Source: an uncultured Chloroflexia bacterium
GTDB lineage: Bacteria; Chloroflexota; Limnocylindria; Limnocylindrales; CSP1-4
Length of the DNA stretch: 64,000 bases
Reading direction: 5' to 3'
NCBI GenBank assembly: GCA_963707215.1
Contig: CAVPPB010000001.1
Span: forward strand, 160,001 to 224,000
This document shows positions 42,180 through 50,858 of the stretch, piece by piece (the first letter of the stretch is position 1; each line of letters starts with the position of its first letter). The notes beneath the pieces were generated by a model that ran no database searches, had not been told where the DNA came from, and saw only the letters and a list, made by a program, of their open reading frames with translations. Made by a program: the position numbers and the translations under genes.

Positions 42180-43185
42180 GAGCGCTTCGGAGCCGCTCGG
42201 CCATCGCCGGATCGATCGAGCCACGGTCGAGGGCGAGCTGGACCTCCCGGGCCGCGACCGCGCGGTACAGGGGCAGCGCGTCCGGAGCGTGTCGGGCGAG
42301 CGCATCGAGGTGGCGGACCAGGGTCCCGACGTCGCCCCGGGTCATCGGCCCGGTCAACGACTCGCGGATCCCCAGCGAGCGGGCATTGGCCAGGGTCTGC
42401 TCGATCAGCCGGCCGTAGACGTCCAGCGACGCGTCCTCGTCGAGCCCGGCGACCCGCCCGAGCTCGGCGATCGCATCGAGCATCGCGACCAGGCCGCCGG
42501 CCGCCAGGACCGCGGCCGCATGGTAGGCGGCCTTGGTGCCGGGGCGGAGCCGGACCGGGACGGCCCCGATCGCCTCGGCCATCCGGGCGAGCAGGTCGAC
42601 CAGCTGATCGTCGCCCTCGACCACGACCGTCGCGCCATCGAGGGCCGCAACGGATCGGTCGACGTCCGCGAACGAGACCAGCGGGTGGAACGCCCCGGCC
42701 TGGGTGCCGGCAGCCATGGCAGGGGCGAGTGCCTCGGAGCCGAGTACTCCGCTCGTGTGGACGAGGGCCTGACCGGCATAGAGCCGCAGACGACCGGCGA
42801 GCGTCTCGATGGCGTCGTCGGGCACGCACAGGAAGATGAGCTCGACCTCGTCGAGCAGGGCCGTCGCGTCGGCGAACGACCGCACGGGGCCCCCGATCAG
42901 TCGGACGAAGCGGGCTCGCCGCTCGGGGTCCCGGCTGGCGACGGCATGGATGGGCCAGCCGGCGCGGGCGAAGGCCGCGCCGAGGGCCGTGCCGACAGGG
43001 CCGGCGCCGACGATGCCCAGGTACGGCTTCTCGCCCGGGCCGGATCGCTGGTGGGGATGCGGGTGCTCGTCAGCCTCATGACCGGGGGACCCCGCATCGC
43101 CGACGGTCGCCGGCACCTCGTCGATCCCCGGCGAGCCAGACGTCGGCGGCCGCGAACCCGGGTCGAGCTCGTCCCAGGCCCTCAT
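42163..43185 (-). CDS. Rossmann-like + DUF2520 oxidoreductase (PanG-like)
   Basis: GIVGAGPVG, VPDDAI, HTSG, FHPLVSF, YHAAAV, LTGPMTRGD. Confidence 0.82.
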   Translation of the reverse strand: MRAWDELDPGSRPPTSGSPGIDEVPATVGDAGSPGHEADEHPHPHQRSGPGEKPYLGIVGAGPVGTALGAAFARAGWPIHAVASRDPERRARFVRLIGGPVRSFADATALLDEVELIFLCVPDDAIETLAGRLRLYAGQALVHTSGVLGSEALAPAMAAGTQAGAFHPLVSFADVDRSVAALDGATVVVEGDDQLVDLLARMAEAIGAVPVRLRPGTKAAYHAAAVLAAGGLVAMLDAIAELGRVAGLDEDASLDVYGRLIEQTLANARSLGIRESLTGPMTRGDVGTLVRHLDALARHAPDALPLYRAVAAREVQLALDRGSIDPAMAERLRSALASTG

Positions 43186-43197
43186 GGACGGTCGCCT

Positions 43198-43223
43198 TGG
43201 TAGGATTCCACGTGCTGAGTCTA
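43198..43223. promoter_or_regulatory. Overlapping opposed -10 elements for acnA (+, TGgTAGGAT) and the DUF2520 gene (-, TAGACT)
   Basis: TAGGAT 43201-43206 (+) and TAGACT 43223-43218 (-), 11 nt apart. Confidence 0.5.
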
Positions 43224-43252
43224 CCGACCCCGCAAGAAGGGACGATGCGTTC

Positions 43253-45919
43253 GTGACCGATCCGTTCGCCGCTCGCAGCCCGCTCGGGCCCGGGTTGCCC
43301 GACATCTACCGCCTGGACGTGCTGGCCGACCGCCTCGACCTGGGGCGGGCCCCGGTGACCCTCAAGATCCTCCTCGAGAACGTCCTCCGGCACTCGGGCT
43401 TGGGCCCGGTCTCCGCGGCCGATGTGGAGATGCTGGCGAGCTGGCGGCCCGGCCGGCCGGCCGAGGCCGAGGTCCCCTTCATGCCGGCCAGGGTCGTCCT
43501 CCAGGACTTCACCGGGGTGCCGGCGGTGGTCGACCTGGCGGTCATGCGCGACGCCATGGCCGACCTCGGCGGCGATCCGGCCCGGGTCAACCCGCTCGTG
43601 CCGGCCGACCTTGTCATCGACCACTCGGTGCAGGTCGACGCCTTCGGGACGCCAGCGGCCTTCGCCTTCAATGTGGAGCGGGAGTACGAGCGCAACGGCG
43701 AGCGATATCAGCTGCTGCGCTGGGCCCAGACCGCCTTTCGTGGCTTCCGGGTCGTCCCGCCCGGAACCGGCATCGTCCACCAGGTCAACCTGGAGCACCT
43801 GGCGACCGTCGTGACCGACAGCCCGGCCCCCGATGGCCAAGGCCGCATCGCCTACCCGGACACGCTGGTCGGCACCGACTCCCACACCACGATGATCAAC
43901 GCCCTGGGCGTGCTCGGGTACGGTGTCGGTGGGATCGAGGCCGAGGTCGTCCTGCTCGGCCAGCCGCTCTACCAACCGATGCCGCGGATCGTCGGCGTCC
44001 GGCTTCGTGGTGAGCTCCCCCGCGGGGCCACCGCGACCGACCTGGTCCTGGTGGTGACCCAGATGCTGCGGGCCCACGGCGTGGTCGGGGCCTTCGTCGA
44101 GTTCGCCGGCGACGGGCTGGCCAGCCTCGGCCTCGCCGACAGGGCGACGATCAGCAACATGAGCCCGGAGTTCGGCGCCACCGCGACCCTCTTCCCCATC
44201 GACGACGAGACCCTGGCCTACCTTCGCCTGACCGGGCGACCCACCGAACGCGTCGCCCTGGTCGAGCGCTACGCGCGAGCGCAGGGACTCTGGCGCGAAC
44301 CGGGCGAAGGTCCGGACTTCGACGAGTCCCTCGAGCTCGACCTCTCGACCGTGGAGCCGTCGCTGGCCGGGCCGCGCCGGCCGCAGGATCGCGTTCCCCT
44401 CGAGGCGGTCCGCGAGAGCTTCCGGGAGGCCTACCCGAAAGCAGGCGGTCGGCCCGTCGAGATCGAGGTGGCCGGCCGCCCGGCGACGCTGCGGTCGGGC
44501 TCCGTGGCCATCGCCGCTATCACCTCCTGCACGAACACATCGAACCCGACGGTCATGGTCGGGGCGGGCCTGCTCGCCCGGAATGCCGTGGCCCGGGGCC
44601 TGACGGTCGCCCCGACGGTCAAGACATCGCTGGCACCTGGCTCCAAGGCGGTGACCGGCTACCTCCGCAACGCCGGCCTCATGGAGCCGCTCGAGGCGCT
44701 GGGCTTCGCGCTGGCCGGCTACGGCTGCACGACCTGCATCGGCAACTCGGGACCGCTCGACGCGGCGGTCGGCGAGGCGATCGAGGAGAACGAGCTCGTC
44801 GTGGCCGCGGTCCTGTCGGGCAACCGCAACTTCGAGGGCCGCATCCACCCCCTGGCCCGGGCGAGCTATCTCGCCTCGCCGCCGCTCGTGGTCGCCTTCG
44901 CCCTGGCCGGACGGGTCGACATCGACCTCACCACGGAGCCGCTCGGCACCGGCCTCGACGGCCAGCCGGTCTACCTCGCCGAGCTGTGGCCCAGCGGCGA
45001 CGAGATCCGGCGGGTCATCGGGGAGGCCATCGACCCGGAGCTGTTCGCGCGCACCTACGCCGACGTCTTCGAGGGCGACGACCGCTGGCGCAGCCTGCCC
45101 GTGCCGGAGGGCGAGCGATACGCCTGGGATCCGGGGTCGACCTACATCGCCAAGCCGCCCTTCTTCGACGGCATGAGTGCGCAGCCGGCCCCGGTCGAGG
45201 ATCTGCGGGACGCCCGCGTCCTGCTCGTCCTCGGCGACTCGGTGACCACCGATCACATCTCGCCGGCCGGCTCGATCGCCGCCTGGTCGCCGGCCGGGGC
45301 GTGGCTCCAGGAGCGCGGCGTCACGCCGGTCGAGTTCAATTCCTATGGCGCCCGGCGGGGCCACCACGAGGTCATGATGCGGGGGACGTTCGGCAACATC
45401 CGCCTCCGCAACCGGCTGGTGCCCGACCGTGAGGGTCCATACACGGTCCATCTGCCCGATGGCCACGAGGGCTTCGTCTTCGACGTCGCCATGGCCTATG
45501 CCGACGAGGGCGTCCCGCTGGTCGTCCTGGCCGGCAAGGAGTACGGGTCCGGATCGTCGCGCGACTGGGCGGCCAAGGGGACGCGACTTCTGGGCGTTCG
45601 CGCGGTCATCGCGGAGAGCTTCGAGCGGATCCACCGGTCCAACCTGGTCGGCATGGGCATCCTGCCGCTCCAGTTCTCCGCCGGCGACACGGTCGAGTCC
45701 CTGGGGCTGAACGGCCACGAGTCCTTCACGATCGCCGATCTCGACGGTCACCTTGCACCGCGGGCGAGCCTGACCGTCGTGGCCCGACGCGACGACGGGA
45801 CGGAGCAGCGGTTCGAGGTCGTCGCCCGACTCGACGGCCCGATCGAAGTCGAGTACTACCGGAACGGTGGGATCCTTCCGGCCGTCCTCCGCCGCCTGGC
45901 GATCGAGGGTGTCGCCTAG
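43253..45919 (+). CDS. acnA: Aconitate hydratase A
   Basis: QDFTGVP, DHSVQVD, GTDSHT, AITSCTNTSNP, GCTTCIGNSG, TDHISP, GSGSSRDWAAKG. Confidence 0.97.
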   Translation: MTDPFAARSPLGPGLPDIYRLDVLADRLDLGRAPVTLKILLENVLRHSGLGPVSAADVEMLASWRPGRPAEAEVPFMPARVVLQDFTGVPAVVDLAVMRDAMADLGGDPARVNPLVPADLVIDHSVQVDAFGTPAAFAFNVEREYERNGERYQLLRWAQTAFRGFRVVPPGTGIVHQVNLEHLATVVTDSPAPDGQGRIAYPDTLVGTDSHTTMINALGVLGYGVGGIEAEVVLLGQPLYQPMPRIVGVRLRGELPRGATATDLVLVVTQMLRAHGVVGAFVEFAGDGLASLGLADRATISNMSPEFGATATLFPIDDETLAYLRLTGRPTERVALVERYARAQGLWREPGEGPDFDESLELDLSTVEPSLAGPRRPQDRVPLEAVRESFREAYPKAGGRPVEIEVAGRPATLRSGSVAIAAITSCTNTSNPTVMVGAGLLARNAVARGLTVAPTVKTSLAPGSKAVTGYLRNAGLMEPLEALGFALAGYGCTTCIGNSGPLDAAVGEAIEENELVVAAVLSGNRNFEGRIHPLARASYLASPPLVVAFALAGRVDIDLTTEPLGTGLDGQPVYLAELWPSGDEIRRVIGEAIDPELFARTYADVFEGDDRWRSLPVPEGERYAWDPGSTYIAKPPFFDGMSAQPAPVEDLRDARVLLVLGDSVTTDHISPAGSIAAWSPAGAWLQERGVTPVEFNSYGARRGHHEVMMRGTFGNIRLRNRLVPDREGPYTVHLPDGHEGFVFDVAMAYADEGVPLVVLAGKEYGSGSSRDWAAKGTRLLGVRAVIAESFERIHRSNLVGMGILPLQFSAGDTVESLGLNGHESFTIADLDGHLAPRASLTVVARRDDGTEQRFEVVARLDGPIEVEYYRNGGILPAVLRRLAIEGVA

Positions 45920-46782
45920 GCGGGACCCGACCCCGCCCCGCGCCCCCCGCCGGCCACCGCCCGCCGGGCGTGGAGCCGACCATCGTCGCCGTGCTCGACA
46001 CGGAGAGGGAGGCCGAAGGCCCGGGACAGGATCGGCGCCGTGAGGGTCTCGGCGATCGGCCCGCGGGCCTCCGACCGACCGGCCCGGAGCACGAGTGCCC
46101 GGTCGAAGCCGGCCGGGATCTCCTCGACGTGGTGGGTGACCATGGCGATGGCCGACGGCCGGCTCCCGGCGGCGAGTCGCTCGAGCGCGACGATGAGGTC
46201 CTCCCTGCCGCCGAGGTCGAGCCCGGCCGCCGGCTCGTCGAGCAGCAGGAGGTCCGGGTCAGGCAGCAGGGCCCGGGCGATCAGGACCCGCTGCCGCTCG
46301 CCGGTCGAGAGGGTCGCCATCGGCCGCGTCGCCATCGTCTCCACCCCCAGCCGGGCCAGCAGCTCGTGGGCCAGGGCGCGATCCTCATCGCTGACGGGTG
46401 CCCACCAGGGTGCAAGAGCACCCGCGCGAGCCGAGACGACGACGTCGAGGGGCGTCAGGCGAGGCTCGATGCCTGCAGCCAGGGCGGGGCTGGCGAAGCC
46501 GATACGGCGACGGAGCTCCCGGGCGTCGACCGTCCCGAGGCGTCGACCCAGGACGGAGACCGTGCCGGTCGTCGGCCAGAGCGTCGTGTCGGCCACCTGC
46601 AGCAGCGTCGTCTTGCCCGAACCGTTCGGCCCCAGGAGGACCCAGCGATCCCCCGGCGCGACGGTCCAGTCAAGCGGCCCAAGGATCGTCGACCCGGACC
46701 GGCGGACGGTCACGCCGCGGAGATCGAGCACCAGAGGATCACCGTTCCAGCCCAGGCCCACCTTCGTCCGCCCCTCGCTCAC
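45916..46782 (-). CDS. Stand-alone ABC ATPase (ModF/YlmA-like)
   Basis: GPNGSGKT, LSTGERQR, LLDEPAAGLD, VTHHVEEI; GTGA overlap with the upstream gene. Confidence 0.88.
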   Translation of the reverse strand: MSEGRTKVGLGWNGDPLVLDLRGVTVRRSGSTILGPLDWTVAPGDRWVLLGPNGSGKTTLLQVADTTLWPTTGTVSVLGRRLGTVDARELRRRIGFASPALAAGIEPRLTPLDVVVSARAGALAPWWAPVSDEDRALAHELLARLGVETMATRPMATLSTGERQRVLIARALLPDPDLLLLDEPAAGLDLGGREDLIVALERLAAGSRPSAIAMVTHHVEEIPAGFDRALVLRAGRSEARGPIAETLTAPILSRAFGLPLRVEHGDDGRLHARRAVAGGGRGAGSGPA

Positions 46783-47525
46783 GGTCGTCCGAACTCCGGG
46801 TCGACCCGTCGTCGGTACGCCTCGAGGGTGTCGAGCCAGGTGCCCAGGCCGATCGCCGTCGGCGGCACGGTCAGGGCGAGCACGAGGCTGGCAGCCATCG
46901 CGGTCGGCACGACGGGCCAGCCGAGGAGCAGGCCGGCGACGGCCAGCGCGAAGGGTGGTCCGACGGCGACGACGAGCCCGACGAAGAGGAGGCCCGCGGT
47001 CTCGATGACGAAGCCGTCGACGACCGAGGTCGCCAGGTCGAAGGCGTCGGTCGGCCCGAGGTCGCGCAGGACCACCGCCGGGATCAGCAGCGAGCCGCGA
47101 CTGACCACGAGGATCGCCCACAGGGCCGTCAGGAAGACCGCGAAGAGGCCCAGCCCGAGGAGCCCGGTCAGGAAGGCCACGGCTCCGACGAGCGGCAGGG
47201 CGAGGGCCGTCCCTGCTGCATAGGCGGCCGTGAGCGACCACCCTCGGCCGACGGTCTCGACGATGCCCTGGCGGACCGCGGCGGCGACCGGACGACCGTC
47301 GCCGGTGCCCGCCCACGAGGCGGCAAGCACCGCGGCCGCGTCGAAGGCCAGGGCCGCCCCGTAGCCCAACCAGGACAGCACGTCGGGGAGCAGCGCCGCC
47401 AGCGTCGCGATCGGGAGCCCGAAGCCTGCGCCGGCCAGCACGGACGCGGGATACGCAGACCGCAAGCGGACCAGGGTGTCCCGCAGCGGGAGGTCCGGAG
47501 GCGGGCTGTCAGGGTCGACGATCAC
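46779..47525 (-). CDS. Hypothetical multi-pass membrane protein
   Basis: About 5-6 hydrophobic segments; coupled to the ABC ATPase. Confidence 0.7.
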   Translation of the reverse strand: MIVDPDSPPPDLPLRDTLVRLRSAYPASVLAGAGFGLPIATLAALLPDVLSWLGYGAALAFDAAAVLAASWAGTGDGRPVAAAVRQGIVETVGRGWSLTAAYAAGTALALPLVGAVAFLTGLLGLGLFAVFLTALWAILVVSRGSLLIPAVVLRDLGPTDAFDLATSVVDGFVIETAGLLFVGLVVAVGPPFALAVAGLLLGWPVVPTAMAASLVLALTVPPTAIGLGTWLDTLEAYRRRVDPEFGRP

Positions 47526-47536
47526 GGGGTGGACGG

Positions 47537-47613
47537 TGGTGGGCGATACTGGGCTCGAACCAGTGACCTCGCGGATGTGAACCGCGCGCTCTGACCGACT
47601 GAGCTAATCGCCC
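47537..47613 (-). tRNA. tRNA-Val (anticodon CAC)
   Basis: GGGCGAT acceptor stem, TAGCTCAG D-arm, CGCGG-ttCACat-CCGCG anticodon arm, GGTTCGAGCC T-arm, encoded ACCA; 77 nt. Confidence 0.96.
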
Positions 47614-47648
47614 GTTCGTTCGGACCCCGGGCGCTCCCGGGCCCGGGC

Positions 47649-47654
47649 ATCATA
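47649..47654 (-). promoter_or_regulatory. -10 TATGAT for the tRNA, overlapping the DUF167 stop codon
   Basis: Near-consensus hexamer 35 nt upstream of the tRNA. Confidence 0.5.
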
Positions 47655-47928
47655 CCGCGAGGCCGGGCCAGCGAGCGCGGACGACCGTCGGGTCGATCCC
47701 CTCGACCTCGACGACCTTGGACCGCGACGCATGGCCGGCGACGATCCGGACGGCGCCCCGGGACAGCCCCAGCTCGGCGGCAAGGAGCCGGACCAGTGCG
47801 GCGTTGGCGCTGCCGTCCACCGGCGCAGCCGTCACCCGTACCCGGAGCCGACCCTCGACGACCCCGTCGACGACGGTCCGGTCGGCCCTCGGCACGAGCC
47901 GAACGCCGATGCGCAGCCCGGTACCCAA
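47650..47928 (-). CDS. DUF167/YggU (UPF0235) protein
   Basis: VTAAPVDGSANAAL, GHASRSK; follows yggT. Confidence 0.87.
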   Translation of the reverse strand: MGTGLRIGVRLVPRADRTVVDGVVEGRLRVRVTAAPVDGSANAALVRLLAAELGLSRGAVRIVAGHASRSKVVEVEGIDPTVVRARWPGLAV

Positions 47929-47938
47929 GCGACCGGGC

Positions 47939-48187
47939 CTAGACCCGGATGACGGTGAGGACCGCCCCCAGGATCAGCATCAGGATGAGCGGCGAGAAGT
48001 CGATCATCCCGGTCTGCGGGAGGAGGCGGCGGATCGGGGCCAGAAGGGGCTCGGTCGCCTGGATCAGGAAGAGCGAGAGCTGGTTGTTGCCGCGCGGGTC
48101 CACCCAGGACACCAGCACCCGGCCGAGCACGAGCAGCCAGAGCACCGTGACGGCGACCTGGAGGAAGTTGGCGAGCAGCGGGCCCAC
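47939..48187 (-). CDS. YggT/YlmG membrane protein
   Basis: SWV, TEPLLAPIRRLLP, IDFSP. Confidence 0.9.
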   Translation of the reverse strand: MGPLLANFLQVAVTVLWLLVLGRVLVSWVDPRGNNQLSLFLIQATEPLLAPIRRLLPQTGMIDFSPLILMLILGAVLTVIRV

Positions 48188-48233
48188 GCCGCGAGTCTAG
48201 CAGGGCCACGAGGTGGTCCCGCGGGTCGTTCGC

Positions 48234-49010
48234 TCATGGTCCGGGGCGCTCACCGAACAGGGCCCGGCCGACCCTGATGATCGTGGCTCCTTCCTCGACG
48301 GCGGCAGGGTAGTCGTCGGTCATCCCCATCGACAGCTCGGGCCCCAGCCCGGGATGGCGGGCCCGTAGCCGGTCGGACAGCGCTCGCAGCCGCCGGAACG
48401 TGGGCCGAGCGGCCTCCGGGTCGCCGCCGAGCCGGCCGATGGTCATCAGGCCCAGCGGGGTGATGGCCCCCAGGTCGAGGAGCTCCGGCAGGCCCGGACC
48501 GACGTCATCCGGGTCGAACCCGGCCTTGCCGGGATCGCGGTCGACATTCACCTGGATGAGCACCGGCAGTCTGGTAGCCGGATCGCACGGCCCGGTGTCC
48601 GGCAGGTCTCGCTCCTCGCGGACGAGGCGGTCGAGCCGCCGCGCCAGGTCGAGTCCGTCGACGGTCTCGACCAGCGAGAAGAGGCGCACCGCCCGGCGGA
48701 CCTTGTTCGACTGGAGCGGGCCGACCAGGTGCCAGGTCGCCCCGTCCACGGTCGGCGCCTTCGTCTCGGCCTCCTGGACGCGGTTCTCGCCAAGGACCGT
48801 CAGGCCGGCGGCCACCGCGGCCCGCAGCCGCTCGGCCGCGACCGTCTTGCTGACGGCGACAAGGGTGACCAAGGCCGGGTCGCGACCCGACCGCCGACAG
48901 GCCCGGGCGATCTCGTCGAAGACGCGGGCTCGGGCCGCCGCCAGCGCGGCGACGTCGGCCGGATCGGGTCGCGGCGGGAGGTCGCCGTCAGGACCGGCGC
49001 CAGCCGCCAC
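48234..49010 (-). CDS. yggS: YggS/YlmE PLP homeostasis protein
   Basis: LVAVSKT, GENRVQE, WHLVGPLQSNK, LSMGMTDD, GATIIRVG. Confidence 0.94.
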   Translation of the reverse strand: MAAGAGPDGDLPPRPDPADVAALAAARARVFDEIARACRRSGRDPALVTLVAVSKTVAAERLRAAVAAGLTVLGENRVQEAETKAPTVDGATWHLVGPLQSNKVRRAVRLFSLVETVDGLDLARRLDRLVREERDLPDTGPCDPATRLPVLIQVNVDRDPGKAGFDPDDVGPGLPELLDLGAITPLGLMTIGRLGGDPEAARPTFRRLRALSDRLRARHPGLGPELSMGMTDDYPAAVEEGATIIRVGRALFGERPGP

Positions 49011-49013
49011 GGA

Positions 49014-50213
49014 TCACTTCTGGCGGCGCAGGAAGCTCGGGATCTCGAGGTCGTCCTGGTCGACGGACGACTTGCGGACCGGGGCGTCACCGGATCGGAC
49101 GCCCGAGGTCGGGGCGCGCTCGACGGGCACCTCGACCGGAGCCGCGGACTCGGCCCGCTGGCGCTCGAGCTCGGCCAGGAAGTCGCGCCCGCCACCGACC
49201 GGGACGGCGACCAGCTCGTCACGGGTCCCGGTCGCCGCGGCGTCGGCCCGCGGCGGGCGCGGACGCCCATCGAAGCCGGTCGCGATGACGGTGATCGACA
49301 CCTCGTCGCCGAGCCGCTCGTTGAAGCTCGTGCCGAAGATGATGTTGGCCTCCGGGTCGGCCGCCCCCCGGATCTCCTCGGCCGCCTCGGTCACCTCGTA
49401 GAGCGAGAGGTTCGAGGATCCGGTGATGTTGAACAGGATCCCCTGGGCGCCCGTGATGTTGATCTCGAGGAGCGGGCTGGCGATGGCCTCCCTGGCCGCC
49501 TCGAGAGCGCGGTTCTCGCCCGTCGCCCGGCCGATGCCCATGAGGGCTGAGCCGGCATCGCTCATGATCGAGCGGACGTCGGCGAAGTCGAGGTTGATCA
49601 GGCCCGGGGTCGTGATGATGTCGCTGATCCCCTGGACGCCCTGACGGAGGACGTCGTCGACGATCTTGAAGGCATCGAGCACGGTGGTGTTCTTCTGGAC
49701 CACGTCGCGCAGGCGGTCGTTGGGGATGGTGATGAGGGTGTCGACCTTGTCCTTCAGCTCGCCGGCAGCCTTCTCAGCGATGAGCTTCCGCTTGGCGCCC
49801 TCGAAGGAGAAGGGCTTGGTCACGACGCCGATGGTGAGGGCGCCCAGCTCCTTGGCCACCTCGGCCACGATCGGGGCGGCACCGGAGCCGGTCCCGCCGC
49901 CCAGGCCGGCCGTGATGAAGACCATGTCCGAGCCCTCGATCGCCTCGGCGATCTTGTCCCGGTCCTCGTCCGCCGCCCGTGCGCCGACCGCCGCGTCGCC
50001 GCCGGCCCCCAGGCCGCGGGTCAGCTTGTCGCCGATCCGGATCTTGTGCGGTGCATCGGACTGGAGCAGGGCCTGGGCGTCCGTGTTGCAGGAGATGAAC
50101 TCGACGCCCATCATCTCGGCCCGGATCATGCGGTTGACCGCATTGCTGCCGCCGCCACCGACGCCGATGACTCGGATCAGCGCGAAGTTCTCGGAATCAG
50201 AACGCAGCGGCAT
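49014..50213 (-). CDS. ftsZ: Cell division protein FtsZ
   Basis: [27 protein letters not shown]-terminal DLEIPSFLR. Confidence 0.98.
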   Translation of the reverse strand: MPLRSDSENFALIRVIGVGGGGSNAVNRMIRAEMMGVEFISCNTDAQALLQSDAPHKIRIGDKLTRGLGAGGDAAVGARAADEDRDKIAEAIEGSDMVFITAGLGGGTGSGAAPIVAEVAKELGALTIGVVTKPFSFEGAKRKLIAEKAAGELKDKVDTLITIPNDRLRDVVQKNTTVLDAFKIVDDVLRQGVQGISDIITTPGLINLDFADVRSIMSDAGSALMGIGRATGENRALEAAREAIASPLLEINITGAQGILFNITGSSNLSLYEVTEAAEEIRGAADPEANIIFGTSFNERLGDEVSITVIATGFDGRPRPPRADAAATGTRDELVAVPVGGGRDFLAELERQRAESAAPVEVPVERAPTSGVRSGDAPVRKSSVDQDDLEIPSFLRRQK

Positions 50214-50312
50214 CGGGTCTCCTCCGGGGCCTGCGGCCCGGTCTATCTCGCTCCAGGTGGTGGCAGGACGATGGCTGGGGTCCCATCACCGGACTCCCCT
50301 CCGGGAGGGCCG

Positions 50313-50318
50313 AGTATA
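50313..50318 (-). promoter_or_regulatory. -10 TATACT, dedicated ftsZ promoter
   Basis: gcTATACTc ~100 nt upstream of the ftsZ ATG. Confidence 0.6.
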
Positions 50319-50446
50319 GCGCTCCCCCGTCGCGACCGGCAGGGCCCGACCCAGGTCGCCGAAGGCGATCGCGGGGGCTCCCCTCGGAGAGGGTGGTGCA
50401 TCGACGCACCGCCCGGGCAGACCACCCGTCGGACCGTGGCGGCGCC

Positions 50447-50851
50447 CTAGCCGGCCAGGAAGGAGAGGCGCACCCGCCGCTCGGGGTTGTCGGCGTTCGG
50501 GTCCACGAGGCCGATCGACTGCCAGGTCCCGAGGGCCAGGCGCCCACCGACGACCGGGACGGTCAGCGACGGCGACAGGAAGGCCGGCGTCACATGATCG
50601 GCGCCATGGCCGCGCGAGCCGTGGGCGTGGACCCAGCGGTCGTCGCGGGGCATGAGTCGGTCGAGGGTCGCCAGGAGGTCTGCCTCGCTGCCCGATCCGA
50701 GCTCCACGACCGCCAGGCCGGCGGTCGCGTGGGGCACCCAGACATTCAGCAGGCCATCGACCTCGGTGGCCACGAACTCCGCACAGGCCGGCGTGAGGTC
50801 GTGGACGGCGCGGTGGCCGCCGGTCGGGATCCTCAGCTCGACGGTCCGCAT
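50447..50851 (-). CDS. YjbQ/UPF0047 family protein
   Basis: VPHATAG, HGADHV, LGTWQSI. Confidence 0.9.
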   Translation of the reverse strand: MRTVELRIPTGGHRAVHDLTPACAEFVATEVDGLLNVWVPHATAGLAVVELGSGSEADLLATLDRLMPRDDRWVHAHGSRGHGADHVTPAFLSPSLTVPVVGGRLALGTWQSIGLVDPNADNPERRVRLSFLAG

Positions 50852-50858
50852 CGGCGAC

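Noticed and set aside
47400-47613. Integrative element at tRNA-Val
   Set aside because: No integrase, no repeat of the tRNA 3' end and no composition shift in the window.
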